Shown: positions 39,686 through 56,009, counted from the stretch's first letter. The stretch: 64,000 nt of DNA from the human T2T-CHM13v2.0 reference genome, Homo sapiens (GCF_009914755.1 NC_060926.1), one strand, 5' to 3'. The notes: generated by a model from the sequence alone, not told the origin. Numbers and translations are program-made.

Positions 39686-42361
39686 TGAATGTGAAAATGG
39701 CAAAAGAGCGTGAAAAAGGGCACTCTCTTCCAAAGTTGTGGGAGGAAAACTAAAAAAATCCAGGCACTGGATCAACAAGGCAAGATGGCATTGGAGAAGT
39801 CACATTATAATTCAGAGGTGAGCTGAGACTTGCAAACAGCTGTTTCTTTCCCTGGAGGCATTTACTGCAGCTGGGTGTGTACTGGGGACTGGGTGTGGTC
39901 CATACAGATGATTCTTAAGGAGAAGGAGAAACCAATGAGCCCTTATCAACTGAGACCAACATGGCAGGTGGGAAAGTTGGGAATCTCTAAAGGCAACTAA
40001 TTTGCCTCATAAGACTCACTGAATTGTACCAAGATGAGACGGAGAGAGAGGAAAGGAAATAACTAATCCAAAGGCTTCAAAAAGCCAGAATAAATCTTCT
40101 ATAATCTTGGGATGCATACGAGACAAAACCTGTGAGAGGGAAGAGACTTTCATCAAACAAGGGTTTTCCTTCTCAGACATTTCAAAGTGAATGACATTAA
40201 ATGAAAACATATCAAATCTTGTGGGATGTAGCTAAAATAGTACTTAGAAAAGAATGGAGAGCCCTAACAGCATACATTAAAAAAGAAGAAAGGCTGAAAT
40301 TCAGTCAGCTAAGTTTTCGTCTGTTGAAGTTTACAAAAGGAATAGCAAGCTACATCCAAAGAAAATTGAAAGAACATAATAAAAATAAGAACAAAATCAA
40401 TAAGATAGAGAATAAACATTATAAATAAAATAAAAAAATAAACATTTGGCTATTCGATAAAGCCAAAAAATTGGCAAATGCCAGCAAGACTGAACAAGAT
40501 AAAAGAAAGAAGCAAGTAAAAACTACATCATAAGCAATGATTAGTATGTTACTCAAATTCAAATGACATGTTTAATAAGACAATATTGTAGACAATTTTT
40601 GACATTAATTTAAAAGTGTAGATGCAATCAACAAGTTTATTGGAAAATACAGTTTCCCAAGTTGACACGTGCACACAAAATGAAATAAATTTATACCTAT
40701 TAAATAAAATATTCATAGAATATTAAGCATTTTTATATTGTTATCAATGCTATTCTTAGTAGATTATTGTATAGACTACGAACATAATGTTAAATATAAT
40801 ATTAAACAAATAGAATATGTATATATAAAAAATGGTACATAACTTTATCAGAGGATAGTAAAATAAAGAATATTTTCCAAATTATTTTATGTAGCCAGCA
40901 TATACTTAGTACAAAAAGAGGACAAGAACACACCCACCAAATGAAAATTATAGCTCAAAATTTTTTACTAAAACATAGGCAAAAATGTTAAAGTAGTTTT
41001 TGCAAGTTGAATCAAGATATGTATATAAAAATACACCACAAAGTCAGGCAAAGTTCATCCAGGAATAAGAGGTTGGATTAACTTTTGAAAGTCAGTTAAC
41101 ATAATTGACCATATTAAGAGAAAAAAATGATAAAACATTATGTGGTCATCATAATACATACATATAATTATTTGATACTATTCAGCACTTATTTATATTA
41201 AATTCTCAGTGAATTATCAACGAAAGAAAACTTCCTTAGTCTGATAAATGGTAGACTTCCCAAAAACAAAAACAAAAATAGAGCTTACATTATACTTGAT
41301 GAAATGGCATATTATTTCCCCTGACAGTGGGAACAAGACAAGTATGTTCACTATTTTAGATTTTATTGGACAATGTACTAGAGTTAATAGCTAATGGAAA
41401 AAGACAAAAATACACATATAAAATTTGTAACTAAAAAGAGAATTTTTAATATCCACAGATGTAATGATTGTATATTTTGAAAACTCCAAATAATCTAAAA
41501 TATTATAATTAATAGGTAAATTTAGCAAGATCGTTAGTTAAAAGGTCAATATAAAAATTAATTTTATTTGTAAAAATAGAAAATTAAAAGTAAAGTATAA
41601 AGATACATTTTGCAATAGCACAGAAAAACATCAACCTAATAATTCATGTAATAACATATGTAATGAAAACTGAAAAATATTACTGATATAAATTAGGGAA
41701 ATCTAAAAACGTAATATACACATACATCTTCATGGAATGGAAGACTCAATATACTTTAGAGGTGTCTCTTCAAATAATCTAGAAGTTCTTTGCATTCCCA
41801 ATCAAAATAATGTAGCTTATTTATTATAGAAATGGAAAAACTGATTCAATTCAATCTTGACAGAATATACTGAGACTCAAAGGATTAGAATAAGCACAGT
41901 AATACTGAAAAACAAAAGGTTGGAGAAATTTCATTACTAAATATCAAGCCATTATGAAGCTACAGGAATGTGGATAATATGCTATTGGTGTAAGGATGTA
42001 TTAATACAGATATTCAAATTAAATATAATAAATAGAAATAATTGCTCAAAAAAGGCAAGGTATGGTATATATTCAGTGGTAGTGTTGGGCCAGTGGAATA
42101 TCCATATTGGAAAAAGAGCAAATCTTGACCTTATCATGGTATACACAAAAATTAATTCAAGATAGAGCATACATACGAGCATATAAGGTAAATGTATGGA
42201 GTTTCTAGAAGAAAACAGGTAAGAATATCTTTAATCTAGGAGTAAGCAAACTTTTTTTCTAGCAGAATAAAGAAAGCACTAAACAAAAAAATAATAAAGC
42301 AGTTTTTATTAAAATTATTATATCTATTCATTAAAAGCCAATCATAAAAGTATAAAAAGTT

Positions 42362-42680
<319 letters not shown>

Positions 42681-43660
42681 TCAGAGACTGAAAAGATACA
42701 TATTTACATATTTGACAAATGATTCACATCCGGTATATAGGTTTAAGTAAATATAAATGCACATATACATGTGTTTATGCATATATATATATGTACATAC
42801 ATAAAATATGGGTAAACGCAAATAAAAAAGAAAATTTAATTTAAAAATTTTAAGAGAGGATATCTAATGCCCATATGAATATTGTTTTATTAATATGTTA
42901 TATTTTATATAAAAACACTACAAATAAACATGAAAAAGACAGAAGATTCCATTTAAATAACACTTGGCAAAAATTTGAAAAGCTACTTACTAAAGAGAAT
43001 TTTCAAATGGCCAATATGCATATGAAAACATATTCAAAATCATTAATCATGTGATTTTAAAAGATTAAAAACACAATGAGATGCCCATCATAATATTTAT
43101 TATTTAAAAAACTGGCAACACTATATTTTGGTGAGGATACATAGCAAATAGAAATCTCATATATTGATATTATGGATGGAGGGAAAACGGCTGTAACCAT
43201 TTTTGAAAACTCTCAGCTATCTTCTACAGCTACATAAAATAAAACTTATAATGCAGCAATTTCTCTCCTGAAACTTGTTCTCATATTCACAAATAGAACA
43301 GAAAAAAATGTTCAGAGCAGTGGAAACAGCCTGAATATCTATCACCTGTAGAATAGATCATTTATATTTTCTCACTGAAAAAGATATACAATTATGAAAT
43401 ACTATGTACTACTCCTACATGCAGCAATATGGATGAATCTTAGAAATACTGTAGAGTAACAAGGCCTCCAATGAAGAATAAATACCATATGATTCTATTT
43501 ATGTGAAATTCACAACTATGGAAAACTAATCTAAGGTTAAAGAGCCAGGGTAGTGGGTGCATTTTGGAATGTCTGTGAGCAACTGTCGGGGTGCTGGAAA
43601 TGTCCTAAGTTTTGATTTGTGAGGTAGTTTTATGGATGTACAGGTGTTTAACATTTATTG

Positions 43661-43804
43661 AGCTAATGCATACCGGGCTTCATACCTAGGTGATGGGTTG
43701 AGAGGTGCAGCAAACCACCATGGCACATGTTTGCCTATGTCACAAACTTGCACATCCTGCACATGTACCTGAGAACTTAAAATTAAAATTAAAATTAAAT
43801 TAAA
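43661..43804 (+). mobile_element. Heavily 5'-truncated L1PA8-like 3' end
   Basis: AGCTAATGCA..CCTAGGTGATGGGTTG..GCAAACCACCATGGCAC..CACATGTACC..AACTTAAAA with (TTAAAA)n tail; TSD TATTGAG at 43656-43662 and 43805-43811. Confidence 0.9.
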
Positions 43805-44222
43805 TATTGAGTGGTTTGCCTAGGATTTTGACGCTTTACTGTTGATTTTATCCTCAATAAAAAGGGATGAGGGAAAACAGTGGCTTTCAAAGAGAGAGAG
43901 AGTTATCAACTGATTAAAAATGCTTCCTAAAATACAAATATGACAGACAGAAAAAGCCCTTAGATTTAATGAGAAGAGTTCAATGTTGATTTTAGAGAGA
44001 ACAATTTGAGAGAAATACTGCGTTTGGTATGCAGATTGTGGAGTAGGAAGGAAGATGGTGGGTGAATGAGGTCAAGTCTCTTGGCCTTTATGGCTAAAAA
44101 AGGAAGGGAAAAAATGGCAAGAGGCCTAAGGAATGATGGAAAGAAGATAGGGTTTTACTTGTTTGTTTTGTGTTGGAAATAATTGAGCATGTTTTTATTA
44201 TTACATGCCTGTGGGAAGAGCC

Positions 44223-44308
44223 TGTATTAGTCAGGGTTCTCCAGAGGGACAGAACTAATAGGAGATTATATATATATATATGGTCTCTCTCTCTCTATAT
44301 ATATATCC

Positions 44309-44382
<74 letters not shown>

Positions 44383-44417
44383 CTTGTTCCCACTGTCAGG
44401 GGAAAATAACATATTTA

Positions 44418-44458
<41 letters not shown>

Positions 44459-44512
44459 GTGTATATATATACACTCATATATACACACACATATATACAC
44501 ACACATATATAT

Positions 44513-44544
<32 letters not shown>

Positions 44545-44908
44545 GGAGTTTATTAAGTTTTAACTCACACGATCGCAAGGTCCCACAATAGGCCATCTGC
44601 AAGCTGAGGACCAAGTCCCAAAATTGAAGAACTTGAAGGCCGACGTTCAAGGGCAAGAAGCATCCAGCGTGGAGAAAGATGTAGGCTGGGAGTCTAGGCC
44701 AGTCTTGCCTCTTCATGTTTTTCCTGCCTGCATTACATTGGCTGGCAGCTAATAGATGGTGCCCACCCAGATTAAAGGTGGGTCTGCCTTCTCCAGCCCA
44801 CTGACTCAAATGTTAATCTCTTTTGGAAACACCGTCACAGAAACACCCATAATCAATACTTTGCATCCTTCAATCCAATCAAGATGACACTCAGTATTAA
44901 CCATCAGA
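44223..44908 (-). mobile_element. MLT2A1/A2 (HERV-L) solo LTR with an expanded internal microsatellite (44266-44545)
   Basis: TGTATTAGTCAGGGTTCTCCAGAGGGACAGAACTAATAGG..GCCCACTGACTCAAATGTTAATCTC..CAGTATTAACCATCA; TSD GAGCC/GAGCT. Confidence 0.93.
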
Positions 44909-46241
44909 GAGCTTAAGGGAATAAAACATGTGGGAAGAAGTTACTTCTCAACTTTCCAGAATAGCTCTTAGAAGTGTAGGAGAGATTGGAGTCTCTTAAG
45001 TAGGTAGACTAAATTGGCTTTAACAGGAGAAAAACAGGAGGTGGAAAATAGAGTAGAAATTCTGAGGTTATGTGTGGGACTACAGACTTGTGGCAGAGAA
45101 GAATCACATATTACCTGGAAATTGAGAGGGGTCCACCCACCAAGTGTGTGAATGCGCAGGAGGGTGTTTAGTTAGTTAGATTTCTAAAGCCTCGTTCTGC
45201 TCAATCCCATGGGATTAAAGCTGTGGGGCTGATCCCGTAGTGTATATCAAAGGATTAGGAGCCAAAGGGTAACACACAATGAAAAATAGATGATTTGAGT
45301 TTATCATTTGAACAAATAGAAAAAACATAATGCTTAAAAAAATTGAGAATTAAGATCCTGCAGAGGCACAGGGAATTATTAAGTGAAATTACACACTCTT
45401 TTATGTGGACTATGTAACTGATAAATTTATGTAGAAACAGATTATCATCAAAAGAAGAAATTATCATTCTAAAAATCTGAATAAAACAGCTCCACACAAG
45501 TATAAAGGGTGATTATTAAATAAGCTGTTCTAAACTAAACTAAAAATGCTTAATTTTGATTAATGAGTCAATCATGAAAGTTTTTTTCTGGTCAGCTGAA
45601 TTCAAGGCTTGGGTATTTATCCCAACCTCTCTAAGCTCTATCTGAGCACAATTCTTTTGCCCCAAAATCTACAACTTAACGAGGGAGATGACATATTAAT
45701 AGGAAACTGCAATTCAACTTAATAACAACTTTGATAAAAGGCATTATTGGTTACAATGAAAACACTGAAGGGCAATGAGTCCAATTTGATTGTTAGGTCA
45801 GAGTTTCTCAAAGAGGTTTCACATAAGCTGTATGATGAAAGATATATCATAACTGACAGCACAGAAAAAAAACAGATTGTTGGAAACAGTTAACTCAAAG
45901 TACTGATGGGGAGCATTCTTTTCCACTTTGTAAAAGTGCATGCATCCCCTGACAAAGGTTCCTACTGCAAGAGCTATCTCCAGCCAGGCAAACGGGATAC
46001 AGGCGAAAAAGGATAAATAAACACCCCCAGCACTAACAGTGAGTCTGTTCTTCAAGAAGCGTTCATTATGTTAGAGCTGAGAGTAGAAAAACAGGGTTCA
46101 CAGTTTTCCAAGTTCACAGGCTGCTGACTTGTTCGTCTTTGTTTTAGTCGGCGATCATAAGAATTCTATCAAATTCTACCCAGTGTAAACAGGAATCAAA
46201 ATATGCCTAATATTGAAAGCATTTTTTAAAAAAATAAATTA

Positions 46242-46565
<324 letters not shown>

Positions 46566-48019
46566 AAAAATAAATTATTTAAACTCAACCTAAGTAAACC
46601 AATTCTGTAACATTTTCTGAACTATTAACTGTGCTGGCTTTGGAATGCGGAGGTCACAGAGCGTAGCAAAACCGCAGCTCCAGATTTCAGAGCATTTCCA
46701 AGTTATCCTTCTCTTTGGAGTGAGGACAATGATAATCGGGAAATGTTGAAGAAATAAGAAGAAGACAAGAAAACCACTGAATTCTCAAAGGGCTAACACA
46801 GAATTCTGAAAGGGCTAAAAAGTTTCATTTAAGAAGTAGCATTTGTATTAAATGTTACCTAAACATGTCTTATGTATTTTTGCTTAATGGATATTTGACG
46901 TCTATCCATTATGCAAATGTGGTCATGTGTGAACAGGAAGGAAATTTTACTTATTTGTGTCACAAGGAAATTCAGCCAATATTCACTTTAGTTATTTCAG
47001 AGCAACACTTGCAATCCTTCTAAATATGAAACACCAAATAATGTATGTATTTATTCCCATACTCTGAGGGAGACTGAATATGAATAATTGGGTCTCACAT
47101 TGGAATAATTGAATTCTAAATTAAAAGAACTTTACAGTAATAAATGAGTCTAATAAAATAGTTATTTTGAACCATCTATTTTTAAAGAATGCTTGGGGTA
47201 TTGCTGATATGTGTAACAGGAAGAACTTTTGAAATTTTGCCCAAGGCATAGGATTGTAATGATTTTTCAAGGACCTCGATATCCATAAACATTAATGATC
47301 CTATAGAACAGCCTGGACTCCTTAGTCCAGTCAAAAGATAATAGACTTTGTCTTCATAAGTATGAGTTTAAATGCATACACCTTCACTTACTAGCCTACT
47401 ACTTTGGGCAATGTATTAACCTCTATGAGTCTCGTTCTTAAATTGTAAAAGGCACATAATATACATTGAAGGATTAATATGAAGACTATAAATAATATGT
47501 TACCACCATGTTCCTGACCCTGCCAGTGTGTATCAATATCACATTTTCTTTAATACTCTAATGATACTAGTTCTATCTTGCCAAATTAACAGAAACTCTA
47601 GTCTCTTTCCCAAAGCGCAATGCCCTCAATATTTCTGAGAATCCCTAAGTTTGCCTATACTTGTCCATACGTCAGACATTCTTATTGTTTCTTTGTTGCC
47701 ACTTGTCAAAAATGCAGACTCTGATAAAGTCTTGCAATAGGACCCAGTTGCCAGATCGTCTTTTACCAGAAAAATTCATTATTTAGTCTCAGGTCAAATC
47801 CAGCTGCTAGTTCACCAGATTTTGTGGGATGCCAGTGCCTCTGATCCTAGTGGTGAAGCTCTAGCAGCCTGCAATGATCTGGCTGTTACTATGCTATTCA
47901 CTTCCACTGGTGCCTCTTACAAATCTGATTATTTACTCAGGTTCTATCAGTTCTCAAGCTATAAGAATTCTATCACGACTAAACTGCCGAGGCCCTAAGT
48001 GGATTTTTAAAAATTTGAT

Positions 48020-48856
48020 GTGTTCCCTCAATTACTAATATACTTTGCATCTATAGATTTGCCTATTCTGGATGTTTCCTATTAGCAGAATCCTACAATA
48101 CATGGTTCTCTGTAACCAGTTTCCTTACTTCGGAATTTGGATAAACGTTTAAATGTTTCATCTAAGAAACCACTGCTTAATCCAAGGTCACAAATATCCC
48201 AATGTTTTCTTCTGAGAGTTTATAGTTTTATCTCTTCTATTAAATTCTTTAATGCATTTTAAGTTAGTTTTTACATGTTGTATGAAGTAGGTATCAACTT
48301 CATTCTTTTGTATGTGGATACCCAGTTATCCCAGCACCATGTGCTGGAAATACTACTTTCTCCTTGTTTCCCTGTGGAATATGCTGTCAAAAATCCATTG
48401 ATTGTAAATGGGAAGGGTGAATTATGGACCCTCAGTGCTTTGCCGTTGATCTGCATATTGATCCTGATGCCACTGCTACACTGTCTTTATTATTGTAGCT
48501 TTTTGGTACGTTTTGAAATAGCAAAGTGGAATCCTCCTACTTTGTCCTTCTGTTTCAACATTGTTTTGGCTACTCTTGGTCACTTGAATTTATATATGAA
48601 TTTTAGAATAAGCTTGTCAATTTCTGCAAAAGTTCAGCTAAGATTTTGATAGGAATTACATTGAGCATATAGATGAATTTGAGGAGTATTGCTGTCTTAA
48701 AATTATTAAGTCATCTCATCCATGAATATGGGATATATTTCCGTTTATTTAGTTTTCCTTTAATGACTTCAAACAATATTTTTAGTTTTCAGAGTATAAG
48801 CTTTGCACTTCCTTTGTTAAACTTATTCTCTTGGATGCTATTTTAAAGAAATTGTT
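48020..48856 (-). mobile_element. L1MB/MC fragments (3'UTR and ORF2)
   Basis: TCTATAGATTTGCCTATTCTGGA; TTTTGTATGTGGATACCCAGTTATCCCAGCACCAT; GAATTTTAGAATAAGCTTGTCAATTTCTGC. Confidence 0.85.
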
Positions 48857-50068
48857 GGAGCAGCCAAGACGGCCGAATAGAAATGGCTTTGCTCTGCAGC
48901 TCCCACCAAAAAGGATAAAAACAGTGAGTGAATTCTGCATCTTCAGTTGAGGTACCAAGGATCGCTCATGAGAACCAAGTGGTTATGGCGACCCACGGAG
49001 AGCGAGGAAAAGGAGGGTGGAGCAAGGGCTCACCTGGGAGCTGCACGAGGCAAAGGGAGCTCCTTCTTCCAGCCAAGGGAGGCGGTGAGGGATTTTGCTC
49101 CTTCTCCCTGAAAACCCCACTTTTCCCACAGATCTGGCTGGAGGAGATCCCTCCTGATTTGCAACCTGCAAATCAGGCGGTCCCCTTGTGAGCCCACACC
49201 AACCAGGATTCTTGGCTCCCAAGCATAGAGCAGTGCAGACTCTTGGCGGCTGCTCAGGTAGGCGGCGGCTGGAGCAGGCACTGAGACCCCGAGTTTCCCA
49301 GGGGGCAGGGACAGCCACCATCACTGCGCCTCTAGTCGGCTGTTTTCCCCTGCCGCCAGCGCCAGCGCGGTTTGTACTGGGAGCAATTCCCCACAGTGCA
49401 GCACAGCGGCTGGGGCAGTTCGTGGCTGGACTGTTTCCTTAAGCAGGACCCTGATCCACTCCCCCTCACTGGGTGGGACCTCCCTGCAGGAAATTCAGCA
49501 TCCCCAGGCAGGCATTTATGAACAAAACTCTGATATCCCTGAGAGGAGCCCCTAGGAGGAGGTGCAGCTGCAGTATCATGAATCTTAGTCTTATCTGCCT
49601 GCTTACTGGCTCTGGAGAGTCAGGGCAGCCCAGGCAATGGCGCAGCACACCTGCTCCAACTAGGGGCAGTCAGATTGCTTATTTAAGCAGGTCCCTGATC
49701 CCTGTCCTCCTGACTGGGTGAGACCTCCCAACAGGAGTCTCCAGACACCTCATACAGGAGCGTTCCAGCTGGCATCAAGTCTGTGCCCCTCCGGGACAGA
49801 GCTCCCAGAAGAAGGAGCAGGCTGCCATCTTTGCTGTTCTGCAGCCTCTATTAGTTATATTTTCAGGAGCAGGAGGGACGCAGGAAAACAGGGTCTGGAG
49901 TGGACCCTCAGCAAACTGCAGCAGCCCTATGGAAAAGGGCATTGACCGCTAAAAGAAAAACAAAGAGAAAGCAACAACAACAACAACAACATCAATGAAA
50001 AAGACCCCACAAAAACTCCATCCAAAGGTCAGCAGCCTCAAAGATCAAAGGTAGATGAACCCAAGAAG

Positions 50069-51395
<1,327 letters not shown>

Positions 51396-51470
51396 ACTGA
51401 AGTACACAGGCCAATGACACTATGAGGCAACTACATAAACAAGTCTGCAAAATAATCAGCTAACATCATA

Positions 51471-54400
51471 ATGACAAGATCAAATTCACATATAAACAGT
51501 ATTACCCTCAAATGTAAATTATCTAAATGCCCCAATTAAAAGACACAGAATAGCAAGCTTGATTAAGAGTCAAGATCCATCAGTAGCCTTTATTCAAGAG
51601 ACCCATTTCACATGCAAAGACCACACATAGACTCAAAATAAAAGGATGGAGGAAAATTTACCAAGGAAATGGAAAACAGAAAAGGCAGGGTTTGCAATCC
51701 CAGTTTCCAACAGAACAGACTTTAAGCCAACTACGATAAAAAAAAAAAAAAGACAAAGAAAAGCATTACATAATGGTAAACTGGTCAATTCAACAAGAAG
51801 AACTAACTATCCTAAATATGTATACACCCAATACAGGAGCACTGAGATTCATAAAACAAATTGTTAGATGTACAAAAAGACTTAGACTCCCACACAATAA
51901 TAGTGGGAGACTTTAACAATCCAATGTCATTATTAGATAGATCAGCGAGACAGAAAATTAAAGATATTCAGGATTTGAACACACCTTTGGATCAAGCAGA
52001 CGTGATAGATATCTACAGAACTCTCCACCCCAAAACAACAGAATATACATTCTTCTCAGGACCACATGGCACTTGCTCTAAAATCAATTATATATTTGGA
52101 AGTAAATCACTCATCAGCAAATGCAAAAGAACTGAAATCATAACAGTCTCTCAAGCCACAGTGCAATTAAATTAGAACTCAAAATTAAGAAACTTACTCA
52201 AAACCACAAAACTATATGAAAATTGAACAACCCGTTCCTGAATGATTCCTGGGTAAATAATGAAATTAAGGCAGAAATCAAGGAGTTCTTTGAAACCAAT
52301 GAGAACAAAGAGCAATGCACCAAAATCTCTGGGACACAGCTAAGCAGTGTTAAGAGGAAAATTTATAGCACTAAATGCTCACATCAAAAAGCTAGAAATA
52401 TCTCAAACTGATGCCCTAACATCACAACTAAAAGAACTAGAGAACCAAGATCAATCAAACACCAAAGCTAGCAGAAGACATGAGAAAACCAAGCTCAGAG
52501 AAGAACTGAAAGAAATAGAGACACAAAAACTCCTTCAAAAAACAATAAATTCAGGAGCTGGTTTGTTGAAAAAATTAATAAAATAAATAGACCACTAGCT
52601 AGACTAATAAAGAATAAAAGAGAGCAGAATCAAATAGACACAATGAAAAATGATAAAAGAAATATTACCGCTGACCCCACAGAAATACAAACAACCATCA
52701 GAGAATACTATAAACATCTCTATGCAAGTAAACTAGAAAATCTAGAAGTGGATAAATTCCCAGACACATACACCCTCCCATGACTTATCCGGGAAGAAGT
52801 GGAATCCCTGAATAGACCAATAAAAAGTTTTGAGATTGAGGCAGTCATAAATAGCCTACCAACCAAAAAAAAAAAAAAAAAAAAAAGCCGAGGACCAGAT
52901 AGATTTACAGCTGAATTCTATCAGAAGTACAAAGAGGAGCTGATACTCTTTCTTCTGAAAATATTCCAATCAATTGAAAAGGAGGGACTCCTCCCTAACA
53001 CATTCTATGAGGCCAGCATCATCCTGATACCAAAACCTGGTGGAGATACAACAGAAAAAACAAACAAACAAACAAACAAAACTTTAGGCCAATATTCCTG
53101 ATAAACATCAATGCAAAAAATTCTCAATAAAATATTGGGAAACCAAATACAGCAGCACATCAAAAAACTTATTCACACAGTCAAGTTGGCTTTATTCCTA
53201 GGATGCAAAGCTGGTTCAATCTATGCAAATCAATAAATGCATCACATAAACAGATCTGAAGACAAAACCTCTTGATTATCTCAATAGATGCAGAAGAGGC
53301 GTTCAATAAAATTCAGCATCACTTCATGTTAAAAACTCTCAATAAACTAGATATTGAAGGAACATACCTCAAAATAATAAGAGCCATTAATGGCAAACCC
53401 ACAGCCAATATCATACTGAACGGACAAAAACTGGAAGCATTCCCCTTGAAAACTAGCACAAGACAAGGATGTCCTCTCTCACCATTCCTATTCAACACAG
53501 TGTTGGAAGTTCTGGCCAGGGAAATCAGGCAAGAGAAAGAAATAAAGGGTATTTCAATAGGAAAAGATGAAGTCAAATTATCTTCATTTGCAGATGACAA
53601 GATCTGTATCTAGAAAACCCCATAATCTCAGCTCCAAACCTTCTTAAGCTGATAAGCAACTTCAGCAAAGTCTCAGGATACAAAATCAATGTGCAAAAGT
53701 CACAAGAATTCCTATACACCAACCACAGGCCAGCAGAAAGCCAAATCATGAATGAACTCCCATTTATAATTGCTACAAAGAGAATAAAATACCTAGGAAT
53801 ACAGCTAATAAGTGAAGCGAAGGGCTTTTCAAGAACTACAAACCACTGCTCAAGGAAATCAGAGAGGATGAAAACAAATGGAAAATATTCCATGCTCACG
53901 GATAGAAAGAATCAATATCGTGAAAATGGCAATACTGCCCAAAGTAATTTATAGATCCAATGCTATTCCCATTAAACTATAATTGACAATCTTCACAGAA
54001 TTAGAATAAACTATTGTAAAATTAATATGGAATCAAAAAAGAGCTTGTATAGCCAAGATAATGCTAAGCAAAAAGAACAAAGCTGGAGGCATCATGTAAC
54101 CAGACTTCAAACTATACTACAAGACTACCGTATGAAACAGCATGGTACTGGTACAAAAGCAGACACATAGACCAATTGAACAGAGTAGAGAACTCAGAAA
54201 TAAGACCACACATCTACAACCATCTGATCTTTGACAAACCTGACAAAAACAAGCAATGGGGAAAGGATTCCTTATTTAATAAATGGTTCTGGGAGAACTG
54301 GCTAGCCATATGCAGAAAATTGAAACTGGACCCCTTCCTAACACCTTATACAAAAATTAACTCAAGATGGATTAAAGACTTAAATGTAAAACCCAAAACT

Positions 54401-55027
54401 ATAAAAATCCTAGAAGAAAATCTAGGCAATACCATTCAGGCATAGTCATGGGCAAAATTTCATGACAAAAATGCCAAAAGCAATTTCAACAAAACCCAAA
54501 ATTGATAAACGGAATAGAATTAAACCAAAGAGCTTCTGCAGCAAATCAAACTATCATCAGAGTGAACAGGCAACCTTCAGAATGGGAGACAATTTTTTTA
54601 ATCTATCCATCTGACAAAGGTCTAATATCCAAAATCTACAAGGAACTTAAACAACTTTACAAAAAAACAAACAATACCATCAAAAATTGGGCAAAGGGTA
54701 TGAACAGACACTTCTCAAAAGAAGACATTCATGCAACCAACAAACTTATGAAAAATAGCTCAACATCACTGATCATTAGAGAAATGCAGTTCAAAACCAC
54801 AATGAGATATCATCTCATGCCAGTCACTATGGTGATTATCAAAATGTCAGGAAACGATAGATGCTGGCGAGGCTGTGGGAAAATAGGAATTCTTTTACAC
54901 TGTTGGTGGGAATGTAAATTAGTTCAACAATTGTGGTAGATGTGTGGCAATTCCTCAAGGATCTAGAACCAGAAATACCATTTGACCCAGCAATCCCATT
55001 ACTGGGTATATACCTAAAGGAATATAA
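51471..55027 (+). pseudogene. L1 ORF2p remnant (endonuclease and reverse transcriptase), many stops and frameshifts
   Basis: IIVGDFN (EN); [11 protein letters not shown]; [12 protein letters not shown]; TRQGCPLSP; FADD at 53587-53598; HCWWEC zinc knuckle. Confidence 0.92.
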
Positions 55028-56009
55028 GTTTGCCTACTTTCTACTTCAAAGTATTTGTGGAAAGAATGTGACAGATCAACAGATAAATACATTTTGAAAA
55101 TGACTGGACTGGGTAGTCTTTCAGTCCTTCTATCCTGACATTGTAAGGTCCATAATGACAACAGGTATAGTAACTTGAGTTAACAAAGGTTTTCATATGC
55201 AGGGACTTGATGGGATTCATCACAACCTTGCAAATAATGTTCTGTAGCAAAAAGTCATTCAATTTTGAATGAGAAGATCTGGGTATACAACGTGATTCAC
55301 CATTAGGAGGTATATTAGTCAAAACATGGAAAATATTTAAGCCTTATTATCCTTTTTTATAACTTGGGATCTATAAGACTGCTTTGTGAATTTCACTGTG
55401 TTATTATGAAGATTATTATAATAACATATGGGACATTTCTTTGTAAACCATAATATGGCCATGAAAATATTAGTGTTTTTATATCTCTTGCTATTGTTAT
55501 CTCAATCTTTTCTATTCAATTTTTCATAGAAGAATTTAAGTCTTCACCTAAGATCACAGCATTAAGATTTATTTTTGAGTTTGTCCAGTGAAGTACTCTT
55601 TCCTCATAAAATAATACATTTTGATGACATTAAGAAAAAAAAACCCAGAAGAAGCTACCATTAATATTACCATGTTTTGACTTAGTATTTATAAGGAAAC
55701 ATAATTTCTAAATAAGTAAAAATATATTTGGTATGATTTATTTAAATTTCATATTGAACATTTATTTATGATTCTTCACAAGTATTTCTGATATTCTCGT
55801 TTTCACCAGAAGAGGCCACTATGACCAAACTTTCTGAATTTATTATCAATTTGAACAATTCCATTTAGTTTAGAAAATTGTTATGCATGTCAAAAGTCAA
55901 TGATCAGGAGTAAGTCTTTTTCCTCTTTAAGCTCCTTTTGAAAAGCAGCCTTCCAACTGAGAGTAGTAAACATATACATTCTTCCCTCTGATTTCTTGTA
56001 AAAAGCCAC

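Noticed and set aside
49323-49340. CTCF-like GCGCCTCTAGT in the L1 5'UTR
   Set aside because: The spacing is one base short of the motif, so the match is poor.
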